From assembly GCA_050331235.1 (NCBI GenBank), contig JBHJHA010000052.1:1-34037 (forward strand): a stretch of DNA of 34,037 nucleotides. Reading direction: 5' to 3'. Each line of letters begins with the position of its first letter. Position 1 is the stretch's first letter. This stretch comes from Leptolyngbyaceae cyanobacterium (GTDB lineage: Bacteria > Cyanobacteriota > Cyanobacteriia > Phormidesmidales > Phormidesmidaceae). The translations under genes and the position numbers were made by a program. This document shows positions 9,638-19,650 of this stretch, one piece after another. The notes beneath the pieces were generated by a model that saw only the letters and a list, made by a program, of their open reading frames with translations, had not been told where the DNA came from and did not search any database.

Positions 9638-10270
9638 TCAGCGCATTGCTCCCATCGTGTTTTTCCACGACAGCTCTTTACACAAGACTGATAGTGCCCG
9701 CTGATCGGCCCCCTCAAATAGCTGGCTATCGATGAGTTCTGCGAGCACTTGCTGAGTGAGCTGAGCAGCAAACAGCCCCCCTGATCTCAGCAAATGACTG
9801 TAATAGCAAAACTGTGGCTGGCCCTTAGCCGTGCAGTGAAACCGATGCACCGTATCGGCATCTAAACTGTAGACATTTGTGTTGACAGGCACCACTTCTC
9901 TAGGAATGCCGTGCTCACCGTACAGCGTCTCACGGTGTTGTTCTAAGGTGCCGACAAGGACAACCCCCAAAAGCGTGCGAGTTTCACTGATGAGATCGGG
10001 GGTAAAAATCGGATCGGGTTCGCTCGACAGACGCGGGCCATTGTTGAGAAACATGGGATTGACGAGCTGGGAGTTGTAAATTATCCCCACAGCCCAGTGG
10101 CGATCGCCATCTTCTAGCGCCACAAATCGTCCAAATCCGTAGTCTTCTGGCGCTGGTGGGGTCACCACATCGTGGCCATCGTCGACCTGGATCACGTAAT
10201 CACAGTGGGAGTTGGACTTCACCACTTTGCCAATACGCTGAGACGTCTCCACCCGTTCTAAAAAGTCCAT
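9638..10270 (-). CDS. Conserved hypothetical protein, possible HAS-barrel-like fold
   Basis: 210 aa ORF with GAAGGG upstream. Pattern IGKVVKSNSHCDY...FGRFV...VGIIYN...P...V resembles HAS-barrel proteins (inference). Confidence 0.7.
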   Translation of the reverse strand: MDFLERVETSQRIGKVVKSNSHCDYVIQVDDGHDVVTPPAPEDYGFGRFVALEDGDRHWAVGIIYNSQLVNPMFLNNGPRLSSEPDPIFTPDLISETRTLLGVVLVGTLEQHRETLYGEHGIPREVVPVNTNVYSLDADTVHRFHCTAKGQPQFCYYSHLLRSGGLFAAQLTQQVLAELIDSQLFEGADQRALSVLCKELSWKNTMGAMR

Positions 10271-10367
10271 GCATGCCCTTCATTAACAAAGGGGGCATGG
10301 TCATCACAACCGCTGCCCCCAAATCCTGATGCAAATGTTAGCGTGTCCCCTGCCGGAATGGCGAGCC

Positions 10368-10853
10368 CTAGGACATCGCTTGAATGATGTAGTCAAAGTA
10401 AGGTTCAGCTTCCTTTGCCTCATTGTCAGATAGTAGCCCCAGGGAAGCCTCCTTGAGACAGCGAATGGCGTCCGCCATACCAGGCACGGGTACATCCAGA
10501 GCGTTGTACATTTCCCGCACCCCGATCAATCCAATTCGCTCAATGGGGTCTTTGTCACCAGCAATGATGCCGTAGGTTACCAAGCGCAAGTACCAGCCGT
10601 AATCCCGCAAACAGAGGGCGCGCTGCTTTTGACCAAAGGCATTCCCCCCTGGGGCAATGTAGTCTGGGTGTAGGTTCCAGAGCTCTTTGCTCGCTTTGTC
10701 GACGATTTTCTTCTCATTTTCAGAGAGCTTTTGAGCAACTTGCATGCGACGTACTCCGGTCGTGAGATACGTTTCGATGCTTCTGAGCTCACCGATAGTG
10801 GGATAACGCAGCTCATCGTCGGCATTCAAAATGACTTGACTAACTACAGACAT
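10368..10853 (-). CDS. apcD: Allophycocyanin alpha-B subunit
   Basis: [18 protein letters not shown], chromophore motif [13 protein letters not shown]-terminal [10 protein letters not shown]; 161 aa. Confidence 0.97.
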   Translation of the reverse strand: MSVVSQVILNADDELRYPTIGELRSIETYLTTGVRRMQVAQKLSENEKKIVDKASKELWNLHPDYIAPGGNAFGQKQRALCLRDYGWYLRLVTYGIIAGDKDPIERIGLIGVREMYNALDVPVPGMADAIRCLKEASLGLLSDNEAKEAEPYFDYIIQAMS

Positions 10854-11019
10854 ATTTTTAAAAACTGGGATGGATGACTGCTCAACACTGATCAGTGTAC
10901 CGATTTCAGTCTTCTCAGGAAAGGAATTCGTAGTCTGTGTAACGGCTTTGAGAGATTTCTACGGCATTTCAGGGTGGAAATATTTACAATTCTTAGTAGC
11001 ATTCATATTTCACAGCGCT

Positions 11020-11220
11020 ATGGGCAAACGTACACCACAAGCAGGGTTGTCCTCCTGGGATGAAGCTCAAGAATTGGACCATCTTGTTATCGACAAACGT
11101 ACGGGCAAACGAGCCGGACGAGCGAAAGGCCGCCGCCGCGATCGCCGCTACGAAAATCGGCTCCTCCGGACCACGCTAGATGATCTGGATTCAGCCGAAA
11201 CCGCCGCTCAGGAAGTGTGA
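11020..11220 (+). CDS. Small hypothetical protein (66 aa) with Arg/Lys-rich core
   Basis: ATG at 11020 after an AT-rich promoter-like region; MGKRTPQAG...DKRTGKRAGRAKGRRRDRRYENRLL. Confidence 0.65.
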   Translation: MGKRTPQAGLSSWDEAQELDHLVIDKRTGKRAGRAKGRRRDRRYENRLLRTTLDDLDSAETAAQEV

Positions 11221-11367
11221 AAAGCGGCGACCATAACAGCACTGAAGGACCCAGTACGCCGATTGAAAATATCCGCAACAGGCTGCAGCGCGCTGTCGTT
11301 CTTAATCAGGCCCGCAGGTTGTGTTGCCCCCTGAGACTGATGTGATGCGATCGCCAGATCGGCTCGC

Positions 11368-12840
11368 TCAGTGTGGCTGTAAAACCCGCAAAGTTTGCCA
11401 GGTAGGGTCAGCGATGCCAGTGACTACCCCCCCCATCCGGCGCACTTGTAATAAATAGTCAAGGTGCTCGGCAGTGATGCGTTCTCCTGGCAGCAGTATG
11501 GGAATCCCTGGCGGATAGGGACAGAGGGAGGCCTGACAGAGTTGTCCGACAGCTGCATCCAGCGGCACCACGTGAGACGATGTCCAGAAAGCCTCACGGG
11601 GAGTCATCACGGGCTGTGTTACTACTGGCAGCATCAGTCTGGGACATTCAAGTATCGCCGCCGGCGCTAACTGCGTTGAGTGTTCTATCAGAGCATGAAA
11701 CGCCGCTACTAAGCGATCGCCCTCTTCCCGTCGGTTGCCCAAGCTAATAATAAAAGCCAACTGTCGCAGTGTCGGTAGCTCTGCCGTCACTTGCTGCACT
11801 TCATGCAAAAAAGTATCCGCCGCAAAGCCGGATAAGCCCAGCCCTGACACGTCGATGGTGAGGCGAGTGCAGTCCAGGCAAAAACTGACCTCTATCGACT
11901 GAAGTGCCTGCGGCGTCAACAGCCGCAGCGGCAGCAGTTCGGCCAGCTGAGTTCGCATTTGCTCGGCAATCACGAGGGTCTCCGCCATTAACTCAGTCCC
12001 CGCGATCGCCATTTGCTGACGCGCCGCATCCAAAGAGGCAAGGAGTAGATAATTGGGGCTACTCGATTGGGTCATTTGCAAAGCCTGAGTCAATCGGTCA
12101 CGGTCAACTCGCGGCCCCTGTACATGTAGCATCGAGGCTTGGGTCATGGCCCCTAAGACCTTGTGCGTCGACTGTACTACTACATCAGCCCCAGCCATCA
12201 GGGCGCTCGGTGGCAAGCGAGGATGAAACCCAAAGTGCGGACCGTGGGCTTCATCTACTATCAAGACCGCTCCGTGGCGATGCGCCGCTTGGGCGATCGC
12301 CGCGACATCAGCACACACCCCTTGATAGTTAGGCGACACCAGCAACACTGCTCGAATTTCCGGGTGTCGCGTCAGCGCCTGCTCTACTTGAGCAGCAGTT
12401 ATCCCCAGCGCCAAGTCCCAATCGGGATGGTGTATCGGAGCCAAGTAAAACGGCTGCGCTCCCGAGAGCACTAAACCAGAAAGCACGGACTGATGAACAT
12501 TACGGGGCACCAGCAGGGCGCTCTTAGGTCCACTCACCGCCAGCATCGCCGCCTCTATGCCACTGGTAGAACCATTAGCCAGAAAATAAGTCGCCTCTGC
12601 CCCAAAGGTTGCTGCAGCCAGTTGCTGGGCCTGGGCAATGGGCCCCTCGGGAGCAAATAAATTATCTAGCCCAGGCAACTCGGGGAGGTCGCCCCGAAGC
12701 GCGGTCGGCCCCACCAATTTCTGGAGAGCCGCGGACGCGCCTTGTCCCCGCTTGTGACCAGGAGTATAAAAGGCAGCATGAGGCTGGGCCGCCGCGATCG
12801 TCAAAGCTGTGACTAAGGGAGTCTGGTGAGTATTTTCCAT
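11368..12840 (-). CDS. Orn/Lys/Arg decarboxylase family (fold type I PLP) protein
   Basis: FYTPGHKRG, FLANGSTSG, VDEAHG, PLP lysine in QSTHK, C-terminal PYPPGIP. Confidence 0.92.
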   Translation of the reverse strand: MENTHQTPLVTALTIAAAQPHAAFYTPGHKRGQGASAALQKLVGPTALRGDLPELPGLDNLFAPEGPIAQAQQLAAATFGAEATYFLANGSTSGIEAAMLAVSGPKSALLVPRNVHQSVLSGLVLSGAQPFYLAPIHHPDWDLALGITAAQVEQALTRHPEIRAVLLVSPNYQGVCADVAAIAQAAHRHGAVLIVDEAHGPHFGFHPRLPPSALMAGADVVVQSTHKVLGAMTQASMLHVQGPRVDRDRLTQALQMTQSSSPNYLLLASLDAARQQMAIAGTELMAETLVIAEQMRTQLAELLPLRLLTPQALQSIEVSFCLDCTRLTIDVSGLGLSGFAADTFLHEVQQVTAELPTLRQLAFIISLGNRREEGDRLVAAFHALIEHSTQLAPAAILECPRLMLPVVTQPVMTPREAFWTSSHVVPLDAAVGQLCQASLCPYPPGIPILLPGERITAEHLDYLLQVRRMGGVVTGIADPTWQTLRVLQPH

Positions 12841-12995
12841 GCTCCATAGCCTATCGCCAGCCTCAATGGAAGGAAAGCACCGCTATTTTTCCACAGCTTG
12901 TCCTTTCTATAGCTTGTCCAAAGAACTACTGCCGCGAAAATTCATCGACTGCAATCCATCCACACGCTGTATGCAATCGCTGTCGAGCTTTCGAC

Positions 12996-13385
12996 TTAGA
13001 GACTCGTCGAAAACATCGGCTCACTCACCCGCTTCGACTGAGGCACACGCGCTTTCATATAGCTCACCCACAAATCAGCGAGCTCCTCTGCCTGCAACCG
13101 CCAATCAGGATTCAACCGATACATCCGCCGGGGACGACCGCGACCTTCTACTTTTTTCCAATAGCCATCGATCGCCATCTGGTCTTCTAAAAATTTCAGC
13201 GCGCTATAGAGAACCGTATCGGACAAACGATAGTCGGCATAGTCTTTGGTGAGTTTTTGAATCAGCTCTGTACCGTAGGAATCTTGCTGCAATAGCACCG
13301 CTAAAACGTAGCAGACGGCCAGCTCTTTGTTCAGGTAAATAGGCGGTGGATCCTCAAAAAACTGATAAATATCTTCAAATTTCAT
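12996..13385 (-). CDS. pex: PadR-family regulator Pex (circadian period extender)
   Basis: FEDIYQFFEDPPPIYL...SYGTELI...RLSDTVLYSALKFLE...GRGRPRRMY, matching cyanobacterial Pex. Confidence 0.9.
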   Translation of the reverse strand: MKFEDIYQFFEDPPPIYLNKELAVCYVLAVLLQQDSYGTELIQKLTKDYADYRLSDTVLYSALKFLEDQMAIDGYWKKVEGRGRPRRMYRLNPDWRLQAEELADLWVSYMKARVPQSKRVSEPMFSTSL

Positions 13386-13829
13386 CGGATTTCTCCTTAT
13401 AGGCATGGGCTAGCTTGGGGCCAGCATTTCACTGAAACATCAGAGCGATGGCACAGGTTAAACAGTAATCTCAATGACCAAAATCAGATATATACCAGGT
13501 CAAAAGCGACTAGAAAAACCAGTCAAAACCTAGCACTGACGGTGAATTACTCCTTAAAAAAAACGCACAAGAGCGCGCAGCTTTTATTTTGTCTTTAGGC
13601 GTTTTAAAAGCCGTAGACCAATTTTAAGCACTGAATTTCATAGAAACCGAAAATTGCACCGAGATAGTTACTATACGCAAATCTTGTAGACATTCTTAAA
13701 TTTCCCTGGCTAGAAAATATTCATCTTGCCGCCTTTCTAGGCTTGACAGCCTGCCAGCGATGCCCTGAGTCGGTCTAGCTCAGAGTAAGCTCCATATGAT
13801 TTGTCCCGGGAGGAGATTCTCTTAAATAG

Positions 13830-15236
13830 TTAAGGTGATTCTGGCGGATCAGGGTCTGACAGTGCTGGGCGCGGCAAGTCATCCGTCCGCAGGAGAACAC
13901 GCCCCTCGCTTACCGCCAAGAGTTCTACTTGCAGGGGGCCAATAGTGGGAATTGGCGCTGCGGCGATCGCTTGAATGTCAATTGGCGTATTCAGATTTCG
14001 CATTTCTTGCAAAAAGGCCAACACCGCCTCTGTACGCCCCCCGGCCACCTGGAGCGAATCACCCACTAAGCCATCTTGACGAGCTCGAAATTGCAGGGAT
14101 TCCACCAGCAAGTTGAGTTTTTCCACCAGCTCCTGATTGGTCAGACTGCGGGGGTCTACAGACACCGTCGCGAGCCGCTCGCCAGGCTCGTAAATGATTT
14201 CATTGACCGCCGCATCGATAAAAACCTGCACACAAGGATCGCCATCGGCCACCACACAAGGTTCGCCAATAATATAGTTAGCCGAAGACAGTACACGCAC
14301 GACATAGGATTGTCCATCGGTGATTCGCTCCACCAAGCGGTTCACGTCTTCTGTCGGAATCAGCAGCACTGGGCGATCGCGACTAATCCCCGGGGCAATT
14401 TGCTCGATCGCTGACCGGTTCGCTTCTCCTAGCAGTTGGTCAATGGCCCGCCGGGCATCCTCCGGCTCACTTACCCGCAGCAGTACCGAGACCAGTGGTT
14501 CATTTCGTCCAACCGCGACACTCCCGCGAAAAAGGCCTTGGTATTGCCGCTCTAGGGCCGCAATGTCAGCCTGTAAGGATGTTTGCTGCTGCTGCAGTTC
14601 CCCTAGCCGTTGCTCCCGTTGGGCAATATCGCGATCGCGCTCTGCAATGACCTGATCGCGCTCCGCAATGCGCTCTTGCACGGTAGCCTGCTGCTGCAGG
14701 AGCTCAGCCCGTTCCGTTTCTAAGCGTTGAATCTCCTCCTGGAGCTGAGCAGATTGTTGTGAAACGCGGCTCAACTGAGTCTGCAAACTGCTGAGCTGAG
14801 AGCGGGACCCTTCGAGCTCGCTCTCCGTAACCCGCCGCTGCTCAATCGCTTCTTGCAAAAACTCATTAATCTCCTGCAGTTGCGCTTCCGCCGCCGCCTG
14901 TTCGCGACGAGAGTCTGACAGTGCCGTCTCAATGCCCGTCTTTTCATCTCGGGCGTCGCTGAGATCAGCCTCAGCCTGCGACAGATCATCTTGGATCTGC
15001 TCCAGCTCAAAAACACCGGTACGCAGCTGTTGACTAATGCCAAACAAGAGCGCCAGGGTTGATGCCGAAATTACGCTGCCGGTCAAAATGCTGACTACAG
15101 TCGCCGTTTGGCGAGGGCGTAGATTGAACAAACTGAGGCGAGCTTTGCCCACGCGCATACCAATGCGATCACCGAGGGTCGCAATCACGCCGCCCAAAAT
15201 TAATACTGCTAAAACCAGGACGTATCCTGTGGCCAT
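13830..15236 (-). CDS. DUF3084 membrane-anchored coiled-coil protein
   Basis: LGGVIATLGDRIGMRVGKARLSLFNLRPRQTA, long Q/E-rich coiled coil; usual position downstream of ntcA. Confidence 0.9.
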   Translation of the reverse strand: MATGYVLVLAVLILGGVIATLGDRIGMRVGKARLSLFNLRPRQTATVVSILTGSVISASTLALLFGISQQLRTGVFELEQIQDDLSQAEADLSDARDEKTGIETALSDSRREQAAAEAQLQEINEFLQEAIEQRRVTESELEGSRSQLSSLQTQLSRVSQQSAQLQEEIQRLETERAELLQQQATVQERIAERDQVIAERDRDIAQREQRLGELQQQQTSLQADIAALERQYQGLFRGSVAVGRNEPLVSVLLRVSEPEDARRAIDQLLGEANRSAIEQIAPGISRDRPVLLIPTEDVNRLVERITDGQSYVVRVLSSANYIIGEPCVVADGDPCVQVFIDAAVNEIIYEPGERLATVSVDPRSLTNQELVEKLNLLVESLQFRARQDGLVGDSLQVAGGRTEAVLAFLQEMRNLNTPIDIQAIAAAPIPTIGPLQVELLAVSEGRVLLRTDDLPRPALSDPDPPESP

Positions 15237-15283
15237 GCCCCGTTACCTTCGGTTCATGACCACTCTACTGCACAGTTTCAAAA

Positions 15284-15955
15284 TCACGTGAACTGCTGAC
15301 TGAGATTGACCGGGTCATGCACGGTAATCTTTTTCTTATTGATCGCGATCATGCCCTCCTGGCGTAAATCGCCTAACAGACGCGTCACAGTCACCCGGGT
15401 AGAACCAATCGCCTCAGCGATCGCCTGATGGGACAACTTGAGATCAATCGTGATGCCATCGGGGCTTGGTAAGCCAAAGTCGCGACAAAGAATTAGCAGG
15501 AAGCTCACCAACCGGGACCCCATATCACGGTGGGCCAACGTCTCAATCATCATTTCGGTTTGCAAAATCCGTGAGGACAAGCCCTTCAGCATAACCATGG
15601 CAAGTTCTGGGTTTTCAGTCAGAGCGGGCTGCACCTGGTCAATGGGGAGCGACAGCAGCTCCACCGGGGTAAACGCCACCGCATGGTAAAAGCGATCGGA
15701 GCGCTCCCCAGTAATTAACGACAGGACGCCAAATACGCTATTCTCCCGTAGCAGCGCCACAGTGATCTCTTCACCAACTTCGTAGACCCGCGACAGCTTG
15801 ACAGCCCCCTTCATCAGAAAGTAGACGCGCTCTGCTGGATCTCCCGGAAAGAAGATTGTTTTGCCACGTTCATAGGTTTCCACCATAGGCGGAAAGGCTC
15901 CACCGGCAAGTTGTCGAAACGCATTTGCTAAAGGCTTGTCCTGCGCTACTACCAT
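15284..15955 (-). CDS. ntcA: Global nitrogen regulator NtcA (CRP family)
   Basis: [51 protein letters not shown]. Confidence 0.99.
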   Translation of the reverse strand: MVVAQDKPLANAFRQLAGGAFPPMVETYERGKTIFFPGDPAERVYFLMKGAVKLSRVYEVGEEITVALLRENSVFGVLSLITGERSDRFYHAVAFTPVELLSLPIDQVQPALTENPELAMVMLKGLSSRILQTEMMIETLAHRDMGSRLVSFLLILCRDFGLPSPDGITIDLKLSHQAIAEAIGSTRVTVTRLLGDLRQEGMIAINKKKITVHDPVNLSQQFT

Positions 15956-16124
15956 CTTGTGTTCACTCTTGTCTGTTGGAACCGAGCATCACGATAATCA
16001 CATTCTACAGAAGGTGAATTAAACGCCTACACCATCGAACGCTGACCCACCACCGGCGCTGTTTAAGAAATGCAAACCGCAACACATTAATCGTCTATTA
16101 ACTCGATATCCGTCGAGCCGGTTT

Positions 16125-16138
16125 GTATTCAAAGATAC
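16125..16138. promoter_or_regulatory. NtcA binding site (GTA-N8-TAC) upstream of ntcA
   Basis: GTATTCAAAGATAC, exact consensus, ~170 nt upstream of the ntcA start; NtcA autoregulation is established. Confidence 0.8.
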
Positions 16139-16325
16139 GCAGAGGCCACATCCCCCTAAAAATTCTCGCTGATCGTCATTCCCCGACTACCGCTTAGCGC
16201 GATCGCGCTGACTAGATGGCCAAGCTGAGTCCTACTCACTTGGATCATCCATGCCCTCGACTTAGTTAGGACTCTGACTATTGCGCCCAATTCCTCGCAA
16301 AACGGCTGAATCAGTCGCGTCTTTT

Positions 16326-16352
16326 CAATCCCGACTTTTTTAGTCGGGATTG
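16326..16352. promoter_or_regulatory. Rrf2/IscR-type palindromic operator upstream of the thrC-like gene
   Basis: CAATCCCGACT-TTTTT-AGTCGGGATTG, perfect 11-bp arms. Adjacent to a putative -35 TTGCGG (16354-16359) and extended -10 TGcTACTAT (16375-16383). Confidence 0.6.
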
Positions 16353-16448
16353 TTTGCGGTGGGCTGGGCCTCCATGCTACTATCCGCCACAGTTGCCCAG
16401 TGGGGCTACTGAGCCCGGTTGTCCACAGCGAGAGATTGAGAGAGCACT

Positions 16449-17771
16449 ATGACCCAGGCCATCGAACAGCCGAAAACCTTATCCACCGCTCCTGCTTTAG
16501 GAGCGACCTTTTCTGCTTTACGCTGCCGAGAGTGCGGCGAAACCTATGAACTAGGAGCCAAGCATGTCTGTGAAGATGTCTGCTTTGGTCCTCTGGAAGT
16601 GATGTACGACTATGACGCCATTCGGCAACGTGTCAGCCGCGCTAGTATCGAGGCCGGGCCCAAGTCCATTTGGCGATACAAAGAATTTTTACCCGTTGCC
16701 TCCGAACATCCTATTGATGTCGGTACCGGCATGACTCCTCTGCTCAAAGCCAACCGCCTGGCTCGGCGCCTCGGGCTCAAGTCGCTCCATATTAAAAATG
16801 ACGCCGTTAACATGCCGACTCTGAGCTTCAAAGATCGAGTGGTGTCGGTAGCCCTTACCCGGGCGCGTGAACTGGGTTTCACCACGGTTTCCTGTGCGAG
16901 CACCGGCAATTTGGCGAACTCTACGGCAGCGATCGCCGCCCACGCCGGCCTAGACTGCTGTGTGTTTATCCCCGCTGACCTTGAAGCCGGTAAGGTACTG
17001 GGCACGCTGATTTATAACCCCACCCTGATGGCGGTCAAAGGCAACTATGACCAGGTCAACCGGCTTTGCTCTGAGGTGGCCAACGCTCAGGGCTGGGGCT
17101 TTGTCAATATCAACCTGCGTCCCTACTACTCCGAAGGGTCCAAAACATTGGGTTACGAAGTAATTGAGCAGCTGGGCTGGCAACTCCCTGACCACATCGT
17201 GGCTCCCTTAGCCTCGGGCTCACTGTTCACCAAAATTTACAAGGGTTTCCAGGAGTTCATCAAAACCGGTCTGGTCGATGAGAAAGCCGTGCGCTTTAGC
17301 GGTGCCCAAGCAGAAGGGTGTTCTCCCATCTCCCAAGCCTTTAAGGAAGGGCGTGACTTTGTGACGCCGGTGAAGCCTAACACCATTGCCAAGTCCATTG
17401 CGATCGGCAACCCGGCAGATGGCATTTACGCCCTAGACGTCGCCCGTAAAACTAACGGCAACATCGAAGACGTCACCGACGCCGAAATTATCGACGGCAT
17501 CAAGCTCCTGGCAGAAACAGAGGGCATCTTTACGGAAACGGCCGGGGGAACCACCATCGCCGTTTTGAAGAAGCTGGTGGAAGCCGGCAAAATCAACCCC
17601 GATGAAACGACCGTCGCCTATATCACCGGTAACGGGCTCAAGACTCAGGAAGCCGTGCAAGGTTACATCGGTGAGCCGTTGACCATTGAGCCCAAGCTCG
17701 AAAGCTTTGAGCGGGCCTTAGAGCGGGCTCGTACCCTCGAGCGTTTGGACTGGCAGCAAACCTCGGTATAA
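16449..17771 (+). CDS. thrC: Threonine synthase-like PLP enzyme (fold type II) with N-terminal Cys-rich motif
   Basis: PTLSFKDR (PLP lysine), CASTGN, YYSEGSKT, AKSIAIGNP, ITGNGLK; N-terminal CRECG...CEDVC. Confidence 0.88.
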   Translation: MTQAIEQPKTLSTAPALGATFSALRCRECGETYELGAKHVCEDVCFGPLEVMYDYDAIRQRVSRASIEAGPKSIWRYKEFLPVASEHPIDVGTGMTPLLKANRLARRLGLKSLHIKNDAVNMPTLSFKDRVVSVALTRARELGFTTVSCASTGNLANSTAAIAAHAGLDCCVFIPADLEAGKVLGTLIYNPTLMAVKGNYDQVNRLCSEVANAQGWGFVNINLRPYYSEGSKTLGYEVIEQLGWQLPDHIVAPLASGSLFTKIYKGFQEFIKTGLVDEKAVRFSGAQAEGCSPISQAFKEGRDFVTPVKPNTIAKSIAIGNPADGIYALDVARKTNGNIEDVTDAEIIDGIKLLAETEGIFTETAGGTTIAVLKKLVEAGKINPDETTVAYITGNGLKTQEAVQGYIGEPLTIEPKLESFERALERARTLERLDWQQTSV

Positions 17772-17830
17772 CAGCGTTTTCTTTGGATTTTCTGAGAACC
17801 CTCTCGTGAAAATTCACTCTCGCGTAGTCG

Positions 17831-17869
17831 CAGCCTGCCTCCGTTATGTAAACAGAGGTAGGCTGTTTT
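17831..17869 (+). terminator. Hairpin plus T-run between thrC-like and MoaD/ThiS genes
   Basis: CAGCCTGCCTC / GAGGTAGGCTG followed by TTTT. Confidence 0.55.
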
Positions 17870-17934
17870 ATCGATACCCTTGGGTAACTTGCCCGAGGCT
17901 GACCACTTGTGATCTTTCTGTTTTGGATTGAGTT

Positions 17935-18210
17935 ATGGCTGTAAAAGTTCTTATCCCGACTCCGCTGCAAAAATTTACCAACAACGAAGCCACCGTTGAA
18001 TGTGACGCCGATAGCGTGGCTGGACTAATGGATACGTTAGAGTCCCACTTTCCAGGGATCAAAGCCCGGCTATGCGATGATCAGGGCGAACTGCGCCGCT
18101 TTGTCAACTTCTACGTCAACAGCGAAGATATTCGATTTTTGGAAGGCAAGGAAACGCAGCTCAGTGATGGTGACGAAGTGAGCATTGTGCCGGCAGTCGC
18201 GGGTGGCTGA
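17935..18210 (+). CDS. MoaD/ThiS-family (CysO-like) ubiquitin-like sulfur carrier protein
   Basis: 91 aa; VKVLIPTPL...[16 protein letters not shown]...[10 protein letters not shown] ending in Gly-Gly. Confidence 0.93.
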   Translation: MAVKVLIPTPLQKFTNNEATVECDADSVAGLMDTLESHFPGIKARLCDDQGELRRFVNFYVNSEDIRFLEGKETQLSDGDEVSIVPAVAGG

Positions 18211-18266
18211 GGCCAAGCAGCTGTGAGGCCATGCTGATATGGGCATGCATGCGAACAGATTCAAAT

Positions 18267-18292
18267 GCGGCTTCCTCGATTGAGGAGGCCGT
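18267..18292. terminator. Hairpin between convergent MoaD-like and maf genes
   Basis: GCGGCTTCCTC / GAGGAGGCCGT stem. Confidence 0.5.
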
Positions 18293-18308
18293 TTGCGCTT
18301 TTAGCTAG

Positions 18309-18908
18309 CTATCCAACGGACCAAAAATCGGTAATGTCGTAACCCAGCTCGCTAATCAACTCTCGTAATAGCGGCATGCTGAGCCCGATTACATTGGTGT
18401 GGCAACCATCCAGCTTTTCAATAAAGCAACTGCCCTTGCCATCGATCGCAAATGCTCCGGCACAGCCCAAAGGCTCGCCAGTGGCAACATAGTCTGCGAT
18501 TTGGCGATCGCTCACCGCTGCAAAGTACACCCGAGTGGCTCGAGTACGCATCACCGATTGCCCTCGGGCCGTATCGATGAGTGCGTGCCCGGTATATAGA
18601 TCACCCACCTGACCTCTCATGTTTTGCCAGCGATCAATAGCATCGGCGGGGTCCACCGGTTTACCGTAAATTTTGCCGTTGAAAGATAGTACTGAATCGC
18701 ACCCTAGCACCAAGGCTTTGTCAAATTGCGGTGCGACCATTGCCGCTTTACCCTGGGCTAGGGTGCTTACCAACGCCGCTGGATCGCTCAGCTGCACCTG
18801 ATCTTCATCAAAATTGCTAGGGCACACATACACTGAGATGCCAGCATCCGTTAGCAGTTGTCGCCGGGCGGGTGAGGCTGAAGCCAAAACAAACTGCAAA
18901 TCTTCCAT
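18309..18908 (-). CDS. maf: Maf-family nucleoside triphosphate pyrophosphatase
   Basis: [38 protein letters not shown]. Confidence 0.95.
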   Translation of the reverse strand: MEDLQFVLASASPARRQLLTDAGISVYVCPSNFDEDQVQLSDPAALVSTLAQGKAAMVAPQFDKALVLGCDSVLSFNGKIYGKPVDPADAIDRWQNMRGQVGDLYTGHALIDTARGQSVMRTRATRVYFAAVSDRQIADYVATGEPLGCAGAFAIDGKGSCFIEKLDGCHTNVIGLSMPLLRELISELGYDITDFWSVG

Positions 18909-18986
18909 AAACCTTAGAGAAGCCGCAACTCAGGCTTAAACAAAACGGCATTAGCACATTGATCTCGCAATCCCTGCCATCCACAG

Positions 18987-19526
18987 CTAGTCAACATAGA
19001 AGGAAGCCACCGACTGCTTCATCAAGTCAGAGACCTTCTCCCAGCGGCTCTCGATAGTGGACGCATTGAAGGTGAAAAGCTTGTCGCGGCGGACCACAAC
19101 GCTAGCAAGGTTATGACGCACACCGGAGGGCAAGTCGGCGATGTATTCCAAAATGTAGTAGGGCTGACCGTCACGATCAATTTCTACCGCGTTGGCGAGT
19201 TCCACATCGCGGTCGTCTCCGGCGATGGCATTGATACTTTTTGAGAGCTTGTAGCCAACTTCAGTGGGGGTGCCTAGATCCTGGAGACTTTGGCCTTCGG
19301 GAACATCGCTGATCACCACGCTAATATTTTCGGTCTCGTTGACGATGTCATGAAAGACAACATCGGCTCCGCCTGAAACTTTGACTTCTGTCCATCCAGT
19401 GGGATAAAGAAATCGATAGCCGTCATAGGTATCGGTGTAGGACTGTAACCCTACCCCTGCTCCGACACAGCCTTGCAAGGCCAGAGCAGTCACAATAAAA
19501 AATACAGCTATGAGTCGTTTCAGCAT
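18987..19526 (-). CDS. psbP: Photosystem II lipoprotein CyanoP
   Basis: Lipobox LQGC; DGYRFLYPTGW, DVVFHDI, LGTPTEVG; upstream of maf as in other cyanobacteria. Confidence 0.93.
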   Translation of the reverse strand: MLKRLIAVFFIVTALALQGCVGAGVGLQSYTDTYDGYRFLYPTGWTEVKVSGGADVVFHDIVNETENISVVISDVPEGQSLQDLGTPTEVGYKLSKSINAIAGDDRDVELANAVEIDRDGQPYYILEYIADLPSGVRHNLASVVVRRDKLFTFNASTIESRWEKVSDLMKQSVASFYVD

Positions 19527-19650
19527 CTGTTCATCTCAAATACGCGCGATCGCCAAGTCTATCTTCTCATTTCCTGGAAGGAATACTCACCCGAAACATC
19601 AATTTATAGCTTTTGATAGAAAAACTGAGAGGCCTCGTACGCTACTGATT

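Noticed and set aside
10870..11019. 116-aa version of the small basic ORF
   Set aside because: It would occupy the whole apcD divergent promoter region; ATG 11020 is more plausible.
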